Shown here: positions 1 through 10,146 of the stretch, piece after piece
Layout of the letters: every line of letters begins with the position of its first letter
Position numbering within the stretch: position 1 is the first letter of the stretch
DNA from: Candidatus Kapaibacterium sp.
GTDB lineage: Bacteria; Bacteroidota; Ignavibacteria; Kapaibacteriales; UBA2268
Direction of reading: 5' to 3'
Length of the DNA: 64,000 bases
Assembly (NCBI GenBank): GCA_963665665.1
Contig: OY762428.1
Location: 4,576,001-4,640,000 of the forward strand
The notes under the pieces: model-generated
Told to the model about the DNA's origin: nothing
What the model saw: the letters and a program-made list of their open reading frames with translations, nothing else
Databases searched by the model: none
Program-made: the position numbers and the translations under genes

Positions 1-614
1 GATTCTGCGCCGTTGGCTTTAAGCTGCATATCAATACACTCTTTAATTTCCTTTTCGGCTTTTTCCCACTGTTTCAATTCGCTGTAAACGTTAGCAAGGC
101 TTATTTTTGCTGAAGTAACTTTTTCGGTGTCGTCTTTATTGGTTTCAATTGTCAGGTCGTATATCTTTTTGAAAATATCAAGGGCTTCTTTGTACTTTTC
201 CTGCTGCAGATATATGCTGCCCATAAGAGAATAGGGGCCTGCCAGCCTGTCTTTGTTTTCTTTTACGAAGTGTTCCTCGGCAATTTCAATCATTCTTTTT
301 ACGTATGGTTCTGCGTTTTCAGGTTGGTCCAGTTGCATGTAAACTAATGTTGCATAATAAAATGCATTTAAGAGCCTTTTGTCATGGCTTGTAAAAAGTT
401 TTTCAGCGTATTCAACAAGTTCTTTAACCGGTTCAACGGCTTCCTTGAATTTGTTGTTTTGCATTAAAGTTCCAACTTCTTCATACTTTTCCCGAAGGTC
501 TTTCATGTCGCCATAGCTGACCTGTTTCTGGAACCTGGATAAGTCCTGCTGGGCCGGACTAACATAAAGCATTGTTATTATCAGCAGAATTAAGATTTTT
601 CCTAATTTCATCAT
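1..614 (-). CDS. Tetratricopeptide-repeat (TPR) protein with N-terminal signal peptide, runs off the window's left edge
   Basis: Manual translation from ATG at 614: MMKLGKILILLIITMLYVSPAQQDLSRFQKQ...NAFYYATLVYMQLDQPENAEPYVKRMIEIAE, a TPR-like helical pattern. Not in the ORF track because the stop lies outside the window. Confidence 0.7.
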   Translation of the reverse strand, partial: MMKLGKILILLIITMLYVSPAQQDLSRFQKQVSYGDMKDLREKYEEVGTLMQNNKFKEAVEPVKELVEYAEKLFTSHDKRLLNAFYYATLVYMQLDQPENAEPYVKRMIEIAEEHFVKENKDRLAGPYSLMGSIYLQQEKYKEALDIFKKIYDLTIETNKDDTEKVTSAKISLANVYSELKQWEKAEKEIKECIDMQLKANGAE

Positions 615-815
615 TACACCCTTGTATATTTTCAAAACACTAATTTTCTATAATAACCGTGAAGCAATAAGATTTTGTTAAAATAAAATCTTACATAATA
701 ATTTCGAAAACTAAGGAATAAATTGAAAAAATCATAAGTACATTATTAATTTGTTTCAATTTTTTTCCTTATTTTATCGAAATGCAAAGAACAAACACAA
801 TATAGACGGAATTTT

Positions 816-1199
816 ATGAGAAAAAGATACATAATTGGCGGAATAATTATAATTACTTTTCTGATTTTGGCAATTTTATCTTTCGATGAAAGTAAAATTG
901 AGTATTCCGATATTCCCGGGGCTGTACAGAGTGGAAAAACTGTTCAGATAATAGGCAAATGGGACAAAAGTCTGGATTACAATTATGATGCCGATAATAA
1001 TATATTCTCGTTTTCGATGACAGATGAAAAAAACAATTCAATTCCTGTTGAATTTGCTGGAATGAAACCCAATAATTTCAATACGGCACCCAATGTAGTT
1101 GTAAAAGGAAGAGTGGAAAACGGTGTTTTCCATGCCGACCATATTCTTACCAAGTGCCCTTCAAAATATGAAGGCAGCGCTGAAGAACACCAATATTAA
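816..1199 (+). CDS. ccmE: Cytochrome c maturation heme chaperone CcmE (Cys-type variant)
   Basis: N-terminal TM helix, OB-fold motifs (G.KPNNF...VVVKG) and C-terminal ILTKCPSKY; directly upstream of ccmF. Confidence 0.92.
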   Translation: MRKRYIIGGIIIITFLILAILSFDESKIEYSDIPGAVQSGKTVQIIGKWDKSLDYNYDADNNIFSFSMTDEKNNSIPVEFAGMKPNNFNTAPNVVVKGRVENGVFHADHILTKCPSKYEGSAEEHQY

Positions 1200-1228
1200 A
1201 ATATTCGAAAAAAATCCGGGGCTTTTAA

Positions 1229-3511
1229 ATGTTTGGTAAAATATTAATCTATGCCTTTTTCGGCACTACTGCTATTTCTTCTTTGCTTTATATTTTTTCT
1301 GGAAAAAATAATAACAATCTGACAAAGGCAGGCAGGTATGCCTATTATGCCTCATTTTTGATTCTGATCTTTACATCGGTTTATTTTCTTTCTAATATAC
1401 TGGCACACAACTTTCAGATGACTTATATCTGGCAGTATTCATCGAAAGAGCTGCCCACGCATCTGCTTGTGTCTACATTTTTTGCCGGGCAGGAAGGTTC
1501 ATTCATGCTGTGGGCGCTTATGGTGGCGTTCATCGGTTTTTTTCTTATTCCCTATGTTAAGAAAAGGGATTACGAAAACCAGGTTATGGGTATTTATGCC
1601 CTGATACTTGCTTTTCTTGCCATTATGCTGATAGCTAAAAGCCCGTTCAATACAATTTGGGAATCATTCCCGGATGATAAAATTGCCCATGATTTTATGC
1701 CCGCAAACGGGCGCGGGCTGAACCCCATACTTGAAAATTTCTGGATGGTGATACATCCGCCAATATTATTTCTCGGTTTTGCCATTATGTCAGTTCCTTA
1801 TGCTTTTGCAATTGCCGGACTGATGAAAAAGGATTATAATGAATGGGTTCGGGTTTCAATGCCCTGGACGCTTGCAGCTGTTGGATTCCTTGGGCTTGGA
1901 ATTGCCCTTGGAGGTTTCTGGAGTTATGAAACCCTTGGCTGGGGCGGATACTGGGCATGGGATCCGGTGGAAAATTCATCGCTGATGCCGTGGATATTAG
2001 CCCTGGCGCTTGTTCATACACTGCTTGTTCAGAACAGGACGGGGGGGCTGGTTAAAACCAATTTCGTACTGACAATATTATCTTTTATATTAGTTCTTTA
2101 TTCAACCTTTTTAACAAGGTCGGGAGTGCTTGGAGACACATCTGTTCATTCATTTGTTGATCCAGGTAAATTTGTTTACTCGATGCTGCTGATTTTCATG
2201 TTGCTTTTCCTGGCTATCGGAGTTGTTCTTCTACTTGTCAGGACAAAGGATATTTCAGCTGGAAAGATTAATTTCAGTGCGAGTTCCCGTGAATTTCTGC
2301 TTTCCCTCGGTTCAATTTTGCTGATATTGATGACTTTACTGGTGTTTGGGGGAACAAGCTGGCCGATAATGGCGGAATTTTTCGGTATGCCCAAAGTAGC
2401 TGTGGATATATCATTTTACAACCAATGGCTGATGCCGCTTGCAGTTGCAATATTAATCCTTAATGCTGCCGCATTATATTTTCGCTGGAAAAATGATGAA
2501 ATAATCGGGGTGATCAGGAAAATCCTACCTGCCACAATTATATCGGTAATAGTAACTTTTGTTTTGTTCTTAAGCGGGATAAATGATTTAACCGGCATAC
2601 TTATAATATTTGCTTCGCTTTTCTCACTTGTTATCAATCTTGATTTTCTGATCAAAAATATTAAAAGAGTAAAGACGATTGGCGCTTTCATGTCTCATGC
2701 CGGCCTTGCGCTGATGATGCTCGGGGTTGTTTTCAGCGGGCCTTACTCTGATTCCGAGGGATTTGTTCTTATCAAAGGCCAGTCGAAAAAGGCATTCGGT
2801 TACAATTTTACATTCGAGGAAAAAGTACAGGTTGAAAAGGAAAAGCAGGACAGGGAAAAGTTCGAATACAGAATAAAAGTTGAAAAAGATGGTGAAAGTG
2901 ATTATGTAAGCCCTGTTTTTTACTGGAGTGATTTTAATAACCGGCAGCAGCCTTTCCTTGAACCGGGAATACAGGAATTCCTGTTTTCTGATATTTATGT
3001 GTCTCCAAGGTCTGCGGAAATGACGCTTGATATACCTACCGTTATGCTGACAAAGGGTATGAAGAAAAATATCCCCGTGGATTCATCAATATCATTACAA
3101 TTAGAACAATTCGATATGTCGAAAGCCCAGGCCATGAATTCCGATAATTCTGTTCTTCTCGGGGCGGTTATGACAATATCAACTCAGGATTCTGTTTTCA
3201 CTGATACTCTGATGACAAATATGGATATGCAGTCAGGGGAATGTACTCCTTCGTGGTATAAAATTAATGACAAGTATGAAGCCGGCTTCATGCAGCTGAT
3301 TCCTAACAGGGAAAATATGGCGCAGTCCGAAGCAGTGTTTGTTTTCCGTGAACCAAATGGAAATGAACCGGCCCCGATTGATATTCTTAGCTTCGAAGTT
3401 TCTGTTAAACCGCTGATATCCTCTGTATGGCTGGGGATGATACTCATTATTGCAGGGTTTTTCTTCTCGATGGCAAAATATCTTGTTAAGAAAAATAATG
3501 AGGAAAATTAA
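1229..3511 (+). CDS. ccmF: Cytochrome c biogenesis heme lyase CcmF
   Basis: Motifs FFAGQEGS, GLNPILEN..M.IHPP, WGGYWAWDPVENSS and TRSGVL..SVHSF. Confidence 0.95.
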   Translation: MFGKILIYAFFGTTAISSLLYIFSGKNNNNLTKAGRYAYYASFLILIFTSVYFLSNILAHNFQMTYIWQYSSKELPTHLLVSTFFAGQEGSFMLWALMVAFIGFFLIPYVKKRDYENQVMGIYALILAFLAIMLIAKSPFNTIWESFPDDKIAHDFMPANGRGLNPILENFWMVIHPPILFLGFAIMSVPYAFAIAGLMKKDYNEWVRVSMPWTLAAVGFLGLGIALGGFWSYETLGWGGYWAWDPVENSSLMPWILALALVHTLLVQNRTGGLVKTNFVLTILSFILVLYSTFLTRSGVLGDTSVHSFVDPGKFVYSMLLIFMLLFLAIGVVLLLVRTKDISAGKINFSASSREFLLSLGSILLILMTLLVFGGTSWPIMAEFFGMPKVAVDISFYNQWLMPLAVAILILNAAALYFRWKNDEIIGVIRKILPATIISVIVTFVLFLSGINDLTGILIIFASLFSLVINLDFLIKNIKRVKTIGAFMSHAGLALMMLGVVFSGPYSDSEGFVLIKGQSKKAFGYNFTFEEKVQVEKEKQDREKFEYRIKVEKDGESDYVSPVFYWSDFNNRQQPFLEPGIQEFLFSDIYVSPRSAEMTLDIPTVMLTKGMKKNIPVDSSISLQLEQFDMSKAQAMNSDNSVLLGAVMTISTQDSVFTDTLMTNMDMQSGECTPSWYKINDKYEAGFMQLIPNRENMAQSEAVFVFREPNGNEPAPIDILSFEVSVKPLISSVWLGMILIIAGFFFSMAKYLVKKNNEEN

Positions 3512-3655
3512 TATTGCTATAGTGTAATATAAATTAAAGAGTTACAATTTTATTATAGCAGTAGTATCAATAACTTAGAAAATATTATAAAAATAAGATC
3601 TGGAAACTTACGTCAGATGATAAAAAATTTATTAATGTATTTTGAAAGGTTTGAA

Positions 3656-4303
3656 ATGAAATTGACAAAAACACTCTTCCTGATGATCTTTACAATCAGT
3701 TCCGTATTATTAATCCAGTCTTGTTCGGAATCAAGGTCGGAGGATACACGCCCACAGACATCAAATAATGGCGACCTGGCCCTGGCAAGGTTGCATGCAG
3801 ACCCTTCTCCGCTACCACCGGCAGCCCCGGAAAGAAAAGCCAATGTATATCAAATGACTTCCGTTAAAAGCAAAGGCGCTAATATGGCTGCCGATTTTAG
3901 CTGGACGGAAAATGGCAAGAAAATGAGTTTTTCAGAACTTACAAAAGGCAAAGTAGTTTTTGTAAATTTCTGGGGAACATGGTGCCCGCCTTGTCGTAAG
4001 GAAATCCCTGCCATTGTATCGATTGACAAAGAAAGCGGTGATGACCTGGTAATTATTGGAATTGCACTGGAAAAAACAAGAAGTGTAGCCGATGGTATCA
4101 GTAAAGTTACTTCATTTGCAAAATCCCAGGGAATAAATTACAGGAATTTTATTGGCAGCGGTGAGATAATTCAGGCTTATGGCGGTATTCCTGCTGTTCC
4201 AACAACTTTCATAATTGATAAAAAAGGTAAAATTGCAGAAAAGATAGTTGGCGGAAGGTCCAAAGCACAATTCCTTCAGTCAATCAACAGGGCAAAGAAA
4301 TAG
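3656..4303 (+). CDS. TlpA/ResA-family thiol-disulfide oxidoreductase lipoprotein (CcmG-like role)
   Basis: Lipobox-like LIQSC, VNFWGTWCPPCRKEIP thioredoxin motif and VPTTFIID; follows ccmEF. Confidence 0.9.
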   Translation: MKLTKTLFLMIFTISSVLLIQSCSESRSEDTRPQTSNNGDLALARLHADPSPLPPAAPERKANVYQMTSVKSKGANMAADFSWTENGKKMSFSELTKGKVVFVNFWGTWCPPCRKEIPAIVSIDKESGDDLVIIGIALEKTRSVADGISKVTSFAKSQGINYRNFIGSGEIIQAYGGIPAVPTTFIIDKKGKIAEKIVGGRSKAQFLQSINRAKK

Positions 4304-4331
4304 TTAAAGTTTTAATTTTTTTACAAACACG

Positions 4332-4369
4332 ATCCTTCCGTAATATTTTTTCCGGAAGGATTTTTTTTC
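4332..4369 (+). terminator. Rho-independent terminator
   Basis: atccttccg...cggaaggat followed by a T-run. Confidence 0.7.
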
Positions 4370-4509
4370 AAATTCGGAAATTGTTTACGGGATGAAAGCA
4401 ACGAATTATGAAAAGAAATTAACTGATAAAGGTTTGATATTTAAAAATTATTATGGTATATTTTCAACGGGTAGTAAATATTTTTTGTAATAATCAGGAA
4501 GTAAGGATT

Positions 4510-4773
4510 ATGGCTTTAAATCCTCCGTCGAACTTTAGCTATAGCAGCGTTACGCAAAAAATATCCTGGCCGGCTGTAACCGGCGCGGATGAGTACATTA
4601 TTGAAATCAACTGGGGAAATCCCGACGTATTCTGGCAGATATATTCCGGCTCTGATACAGCTTTCACTTTTGTGCCGCCTGCTGCGATTGCAAGTATCGA
4701 GGTAAAGGGAAAATCAGGTAAATCAGATGAATATTCAGAGTTTACAAATCCTCCGGAAACGATAACTTTTTAG
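4510..4773 (+). CDS. Small stand-alone fibronectin type III-like protein (87 aa)
   Basis: SD-like aagga before ATG 4510; FN3-type pattern PPSNF...ISWPAVTGADEYIIE; similar to the C-terminus of 53096..54010. Confidence 0.65.
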   Translation: MALNPPSNFSYSSVTQKISWPAVTGADEYIIEINWGNPDVFWQIYSGSDTAFTFVPPAAIASIEVKGKSGKSDEYSEFTNPPETITF

Positions 4774-4833
4774 TTTTAAAAATAATAAACCCAAGCTTCT
4801 TATTCGGAGCCGGGATTAATATATGAAAACAGT

Positions 4834-6045
4834 ATGAGAAATTTAATTATATCAATTTTTGTGTTTGCATTTTGTAATAATCTTTTTGCCGAAAGCGATG
4901 ATTATTATAAAAATATAAATGATGTTGACAGCCTGAACAAAGAAGCAATTCGCCTGGCAAATAATAAAGCGTATGAATCTGCTCTAAACGGTTTCTATAA
5001 AGCGGAAATACTATTTAGGAATAATGGAAATTTAAGAAAAAGGTTTAAAACAATAATTAATATAGCCCGCTGCTTTGATGATATGGGCTATTTTGAAGAA
5101 TCCCAACAATACTGGAATAAAGCAGGCGAACTTTTAGATATGATACATGAAAGAGAACCAAAATTTTATTACTTTAATAATTTTGGTGATTTTTATTGGC
5201 GAAACGGAAAATTTGCTCAGGCTATTGAGAATTATTTATTATCTGAGCAATTTATTGAGAATATTGATCAGAAAAAATCATTCTTACTTGGTATGGCGAC
5301 ATCTTATGCTGATATGCTGAAAACTGAGAAAAGCTTATCTTATTTCTATCAGGTACTATATATACCTGATATAAATGAGAAATACATATTTGAAACTTAC
5401 AGAAATATTGCGGTAGTTCATATTAATAGTAATAATTTTGATTCCAGCTACTATTATCTTAAAACAGCCGAGGCTATGGGTTTTGTTGATTTTGAACTAT
5501 TTAATAATTTAGCAAATACAATGAACAAACTTGGTAAACAGGACAGCGCTTTCATTTATATAAATAAAGCTGATAGTATTGCGCAAAAGTTAAATGCACA
5601 TGAACTGATTGCATATAATGAACTCGTCCGGGCATCGATATATTTTGAGATTAAAGATTATACAAAGGCATTGGAAAGCCTGAAAAAATCTGAAGATTAT
5701 TATATTGAAATACCAAATTACGAGCAGCTGATACAGATAAATGATTTTAGGGAGAAGCTTTCTGCCCATATAGGCAAACCGGACAGTTCTCTTAAATACA
5801 AAAAGATAACCGAAAGATACAGGAGTTTGCAGGATTCATCCGAGAATTCCTTTATCGAATCCAAAAAGAACAGCATAGCGCTTATAAACAAACGCTTAGA
5901 AGACATTGACGAAGAAGTTGAAGAGGCTGAAGCAGGTTTTGGCAGCGGCTATCTTTTACTTTTGTCCGCTTTTGGCTTGGGGCTGATAGTTTTGGGCTTG
6001 TTTGCCTGGTACAGGAGAAGAAAAAATGCACAGAGGAATAAATAA
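4834..6045 (+). CDS. Signal-peptide TPR protein with C-terminal membrane anchor
   Basis: Signal peptide, several TPR-like repeats (e.g. NNFGDFYWRNGKFAQAIENYLLS) and a C-terminal TM helix followed by RRRK. Confidence 0.8.
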   Translation: MRNLIISIFVFAFCNNLFAESDDYYKNINDVDSLNKEAIRLANNKAYESALNGFYKAEILFRNNGNLRKRFKTIINIARCFDDMGYFEESQQYWNKAGELLDMIHEREPKFYYFNNFGDFYWRNGKFAQAIENYLLSEQFIENIDQKKSFLLGMATSYADMLKTEKSLSYFYQVLYIPDINEKYIFETYRNIAVVHINSNNFDSSYYYLKTAEAMGFVDFELFNNLANTMNKLGKQDSAFIYINKADSIAQKLNAHELIAYNELVRASIYFEIKDYTKALESLKKSEDYYIEIPNYEQLIQINDFREKLSAHIGKPDSSLKYKKITERYRSLQDSSENSFIESKKNSIALINKRLEDIDEEVEEAEAGFGSGYLLLLSAFGLGLIVLGLFAWYRRRKNAQRNK

Positions 6046-6060
6046 TAATGGAAGCAAACG

Positions 6061-6294
6061 ATGCCTGTTAGAGCTTTAAAAATTTCCATATTAATCCTGA
6101 TTTCCATTGTGACATCAATTGAAATCCCAGCCCAGGATAATGACTATTTCAAAATTAATGATGTTGATTCTCTCAATTCTGTCGCTCTGGAATTTGCGAG
6201 AAATAAAAGGTATGAGGATGCGTTGAACGGATTTTATCCGGATCATTATCTTGATTTGACATGGTTTGAATATTCAGTACCTTTGCTGTACTGA
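6061..6294 (+). pseudogene. Truncated paralog of the upstream TPR gene
   Basis: DNDYFKINDVDSLNSVALEFARNKRYEDALNGFY matches SDDYYKNINDVDSLNKEAIRLANNKAYESALNGFY of 4834..6045, after which similarity stops abruptly. Confidence 0.7.
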
Positions 6295-6525
6295 TATCCC
6301 GGACTGCCATGGAGTGAGTACTTTCCAGGAATAAATCATTCCTGGTTAATCGGTTGGATACCGGGGATCAATCCTGCGGTTTGCAGATTTATTCCTGTCT
6401 AACTTCACTTCGGTGGTCATAATATTGATTTCTTCTCCCTTGCATTTCAAAAAATATCCGTAATTTTACATACTTCTGATGCAATTATTTCGTTGGAAGC
6501 TTGTATGATAAAATGAGAGGAAGAT

Positions 6526-7905
6526 ATGTTTTCTAAAGTAAAAAATATTCACTTTGTCGGTATTGGCGGAATTGGAATGAGCGGCATAGCCGAAATTCTT
6601 CTTAGCCAGGGCTTTAATATCAGCGGTTCCGATATGGCCCGTTCCGAAAATACTGAATACCTTGAAAACCTTGGGGCAAAAGTTTATATCGGCCACCATG
6701 CCGGAAATATTGAAAATGCTGAAGTTGTTGTTTATTCCAGTGCGGTGAAGCCTGATAAAAATGAAGAAACTGTAGCCGCTATGCAGAAGAATATTCCGGT
6801 TATACGCCGCGCTGAAATGCTGGCACAGGTTTCCCGACTGAATTACTGCCTGGCAATTGCCGGTACCCACGGAAAAACAACAACAACTTCGATGCTCGGA
6901 CTTGTATTGATGAAAGCGGGTATTGATCCAACGGTTATTGTTGGCGGCAGGCTGAAAGACCTTGGCGGAACAAACGCCAGGCTTGGAAAAGGCGAATGGA
7001 CAGTCGTCGAGGCCGATGAATACGACCGATCTTTCCTGCAGCTTAGCCCGACAATTGCTGTAATAAATAATATTGAGAGCGACCACTTAGATATATACGA
7101 AGATATTGACGACCTGAAAAGAACTTTTACGGACTTCGGTTCCAAGGTTCCTTTCTATGGTTTTCTTGCCCTCGGGCTGGACGATGTTGGAGTAACCGAG
7201 ATACTATCAGAGTTTAACAAAAATGTTATTACTTTCGGATTGCTGCCGCATTGTGATTTCAGGGCTGATAATATCAGTTATAACAACGGAAAAACAAGCT
7301 GCACTGTTTATGAAAGGGGAGAGGTGCTCGGGGAAATGGAAATTCTGATCCCGGGCGAGCATAATATCAAAAATGCCCTTGCAGCAGTAGCTGTAGCAAG
7401 GAATATGGATATAGAATTTGATATCATTAAATCGGCGTTGGCAGAATTTGGCGGAGTGTTTCGCAGGTTTGAAATCAAAGGGGTTAAGGATGACGTCCTT
7501 GTGATAGATGATTACGCTCACCATCCAACAGAAGTTGCGGCCACGCTTGCAGCAGCCCGCAGGGGATACAGCCGCAGGGTGATATGCTGCTTCCAGCCTC
7601 ATACTTACACCAGAACCAGGGATCTTTACAAGGAATTCGGCAGGTCCTTTTTCGAATCGGATGTTCTTGTTCTTACAGATATTTATCCCGCAAGGGAACT
7701 GCCAATTGAAGGTATCAGCGGGCAGATTATTGCAGACGCAGCCAAAAAGTACGGGCATAGGAATGTTCATTACGTTGAAGATAAGGCTAAGCTCCGGTCA
7801 TATATTTCAACAATAGCCGAACCGGGCGACCTGATAATAACAATGGGCGCCGGCGATATATGGAAGCTTGGCAATGAAATAGTTGAAAACGGATTTATAA
7901 AATAA
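6526..7905 (+). CDS. murC: UDP-N-acetylmuramate--L-alanine ligase
   Basis: IHFVGIGGIGMSG, AGTHGKTTT, VEADEYD and DDYAHHPTE motifs. Confidence 0.97.
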   Translation: MFSKVKNIHFVGIGGIGMSGIAEILLSQGFNISGSDMARSENTEYLENLGAKVYIGHHAGNIENAEVVVYSSAVKPDKNEETVAAMQKNIPVIRRAEMLAQVSRLNYCLAIAGTHGKTTTTSMLGLVLMKAGIDPTVIVGGRLKDLGGTNARLGKGEWTVVEADEYDRSFLQLSPTIAVINNIESDHLDIYEDIDDLKRTFTDFGSKVPFYGFLALGLDDVGVTEILSEFNKNVITFGLLPHCDFRADNISYNNGKTSCTVYERGEVLGEMEILIPGEHNIKNALAAVAVARNMDIEFDIIKSALAEFGGVFRRFEIKGVKDDVLVIDDYAHHPTEVAATLAAARRGYSRRVICCFQPHTYTRTRDLYKEFGRSFFESDVLVLTDIYPARELPIEGISGQIIADAAKKYGHRNVHYVEDKAKLRSYISTIAEPGDLIITMGAGDIWKLGNEIVENGFIK

Positions 7906-7933
7906 AAAAAGGCGGAATTAATTCCGCCTTTTC
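7905..7933. terminator. Bidirectional terminator hairpin
   Basis: aaaaggcggaattaattccgcctttt is a perfect inverted repeat. Confidence 0.75.
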
Positions 7934-8703
7934 TCTTCTGAAATCTATATTCTCACACTACTATCATTTCTCTTCTATAACCATTTGTTTGTTTTGCCAT
8001 CGCTTTTTTCTGTCTGCAACCAGGGCTTGTACAACCCTGTAATAAAAAGATTCCAGAATTTTTTCAAAAATTTTATAAGCCCTGATTTCCATCTTATTCC
8101 TTGCCATCATATCCTACCAATCTGTGCATTTATATCCCAACTATCTGTTCAAGTATTCACATCACGATCTCATTTGCTTTATTACGAACTAACATGTCCC
8201 ATTCACTACCATTTGTATCATCCTATCATCCATAACCGAAACCGAGGAAAATTCAGGCGTTACCGTTTTGTCAAGATCAATGAATCCTATTCCGGGGGGA
8301 ATATGGTGGATGGATTCCGGGTTTCACAGTATAATCCTGCCATTTTACCTGAATTGTGTCAGGGCTTATAATTTTCAAAGATCAACTTGCTGAGAAATAC
8401 TATATAAATTGCGTGCCAACAAATAAGTATCGGAGTCTGAAAATTCTGAAGTAAGGATTTATCTTGATTATAACTCTTGAAATTAGCTGTAGGACTTGAT
8501 TTGTGTTGTATGTGAAAATAATTTAATATTTATTAACAAGTTTGCTAATATCCATGGTAAAAAGTTTTTTAAAATAATATTTTCATTTATGAGAATTCCA
8601 ATTTTCAAATTCGACAATATTATTCCTCAATAATAATATCTTGCCGGAAATCAGATTTATATTTAATTTGTTTTTTTGTTTTTTAAAAAAAAGATGGAAA
8701 GAT

Positions 8704-9879
8704 ATGAAAGACTATGTAAAAAGCGAACAGGCAAATATATTTCAGACTTATAAACGCCTACCGGTTGTAGTTGAAAAAGCTGATGGCTGCCGTATAACTG
8801 ACAAAAAAGGAGATGTTTATCTTGATTTTCTGGGTGGTATTGCCGTTAATGCCCTTGGGTACGGGCATCCTGCGATATTAAAAGCCATACAGGAACAATC
8901 TGCAAGGTATCTGCACTTATCAAATTATTTTTATCAGGATATTCAAATTGAACTTGCTGAAAAATTAAAGGAAATGACTGGCTTCGACCGTGTTTTCTAT
9001 ACTAATTCCGGTACGGAAGCCAATGAAGGAGCTATTAAACTTATCAGGCGCTGGGGAAAAGATAAAGGCAAGAATGAGATAATTTCATTCTCTGGCGGAT
9101 TCCACGGCAGGACTTATGGCGCATTGTCAATGATGGATAAGCCTCATTACAAAGATGGCATGGGGCCTTTCCTCGACGGAATGAAAATAATTGAATATAA
9201 TAATATCTATGAGCTTGAGAAATCAGTAACCGACAAAACTGCAGCCGTTGTTCTGGAATTCCTGCAGGGCGAAGGCGGTATTTCCGCTCCCACAATAGAG
9301 TTTGTAGAAAAGATAAATGAACTGAAGGATAAGTTCGGATTCCTTGTTCTTGCAGATGAAATTCAGGCAGGTGTGGGCCGTACCGGTAAATTTTTTGGTT
9401 TTGAACATTATGATACTATGCCGGATATTGTTACTATGGCAAAAGGTATTGGCGGAGGTTTGCCGCTTGGGGCAATTCTTGGACGTGAAAACCTGGAAGG
9501 CATCTGGGAAAAGGGCATGCACGGAACTACTTATGGCGGTAACGCTCTTGCCTGCGCAACAGGCCTTGCTGTTCTTAAGGAACTGGAAAGCGGCCTGATG
9601 GAAAAAATTGTCGAGACAGGAAACTATCTGCACAGAAAGCTTGAAGAAATCAAAGAAGAATACCGCGAAAAAGTTCTCGAAGTACGGGGCAGGGGATTAA
9701 TGAAAGGCCTGCTGCTTTCTTTCGATGCCGGAATAATAGTAAATAAATTGGTTGAAAATAAAGCTATAGCAAATGCAGCGTCAGGTACAGTATTGCGCAT
9801 GGTTCCACCGCTGATAATTGATGAAAAAGACGTAGATGAATTTATTGCAATATTGAGGAAATGTTTAAATGATGTTTAA
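8704..9879 (+). CDS. argD: Acetylornithine aminotransferase (class III PLP-dependent)
   Basis: YLDFLGGIAVNALG, NSGTEANE, FHGRT, DEIQAGVGRTG, AKGIGGG and HGTTYGGN motifs. Confidence 0.9.
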   Translation: MKDYVKSEQANIFQTYKRLPVVVEKADGCRITDKKGDVYLDFLGGIAVNALGYGHPAILKAIQEQSARYLHLSNYFYQDIQIELAEKLKEMTGFDRVFYTNSGTEANEGAIKLIRRWGKDKGKNEIISFSGGFHGRTYGALSMMDKPHYKDGMGPFLDGMKIIEYNNIYELEKSVTDKTAAVVLEFLQGEGGISAPTIEFVEKINELKDKFGFLVLADEIQAGVGRTGKFFGFEHYDTMPDIVTMAKGIGGGLPLGAILGRENLEGIWEKGMHGTTYGGNALACATGLAVLKELESGLMEKIVETGNYLHRKLEEIKEEYREKVLEVRGRGLMKGLLLSFDAGIIVNKLVENKAIANAASGTVLRMVPPLIIDEKDVDEFIAILRKCLNDV

Positions 9880-10146
9880 TTTTTTGATTTATGTATCCTT
9901 GGTTTAGGGTATTCATTAAATATTTAGTCGTGATTTTATTACCCCGCTGTTTTGGGCGGGGTTAATCATTTTAATATGATAAATTTTCTCCAAATATTTA
10001 TTCTGAAATAATTGTATTTTTGATAAATATCCTTCTTGTTAACTTTGCCCATTTTGTTTATTTTTGAAGTCTGGAATTGGTTGCATCAAAAAATGATATA
10101 AATTCCAATGATATTTTGATTTAATAACATTATTTATGGAGTGATC

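Noticed and set aside
7985-8371. 128-aa plus-strand ORF
   Set aside because: TTG start without an RBS, directly after a terminator, with atypical composition; likely spurious.
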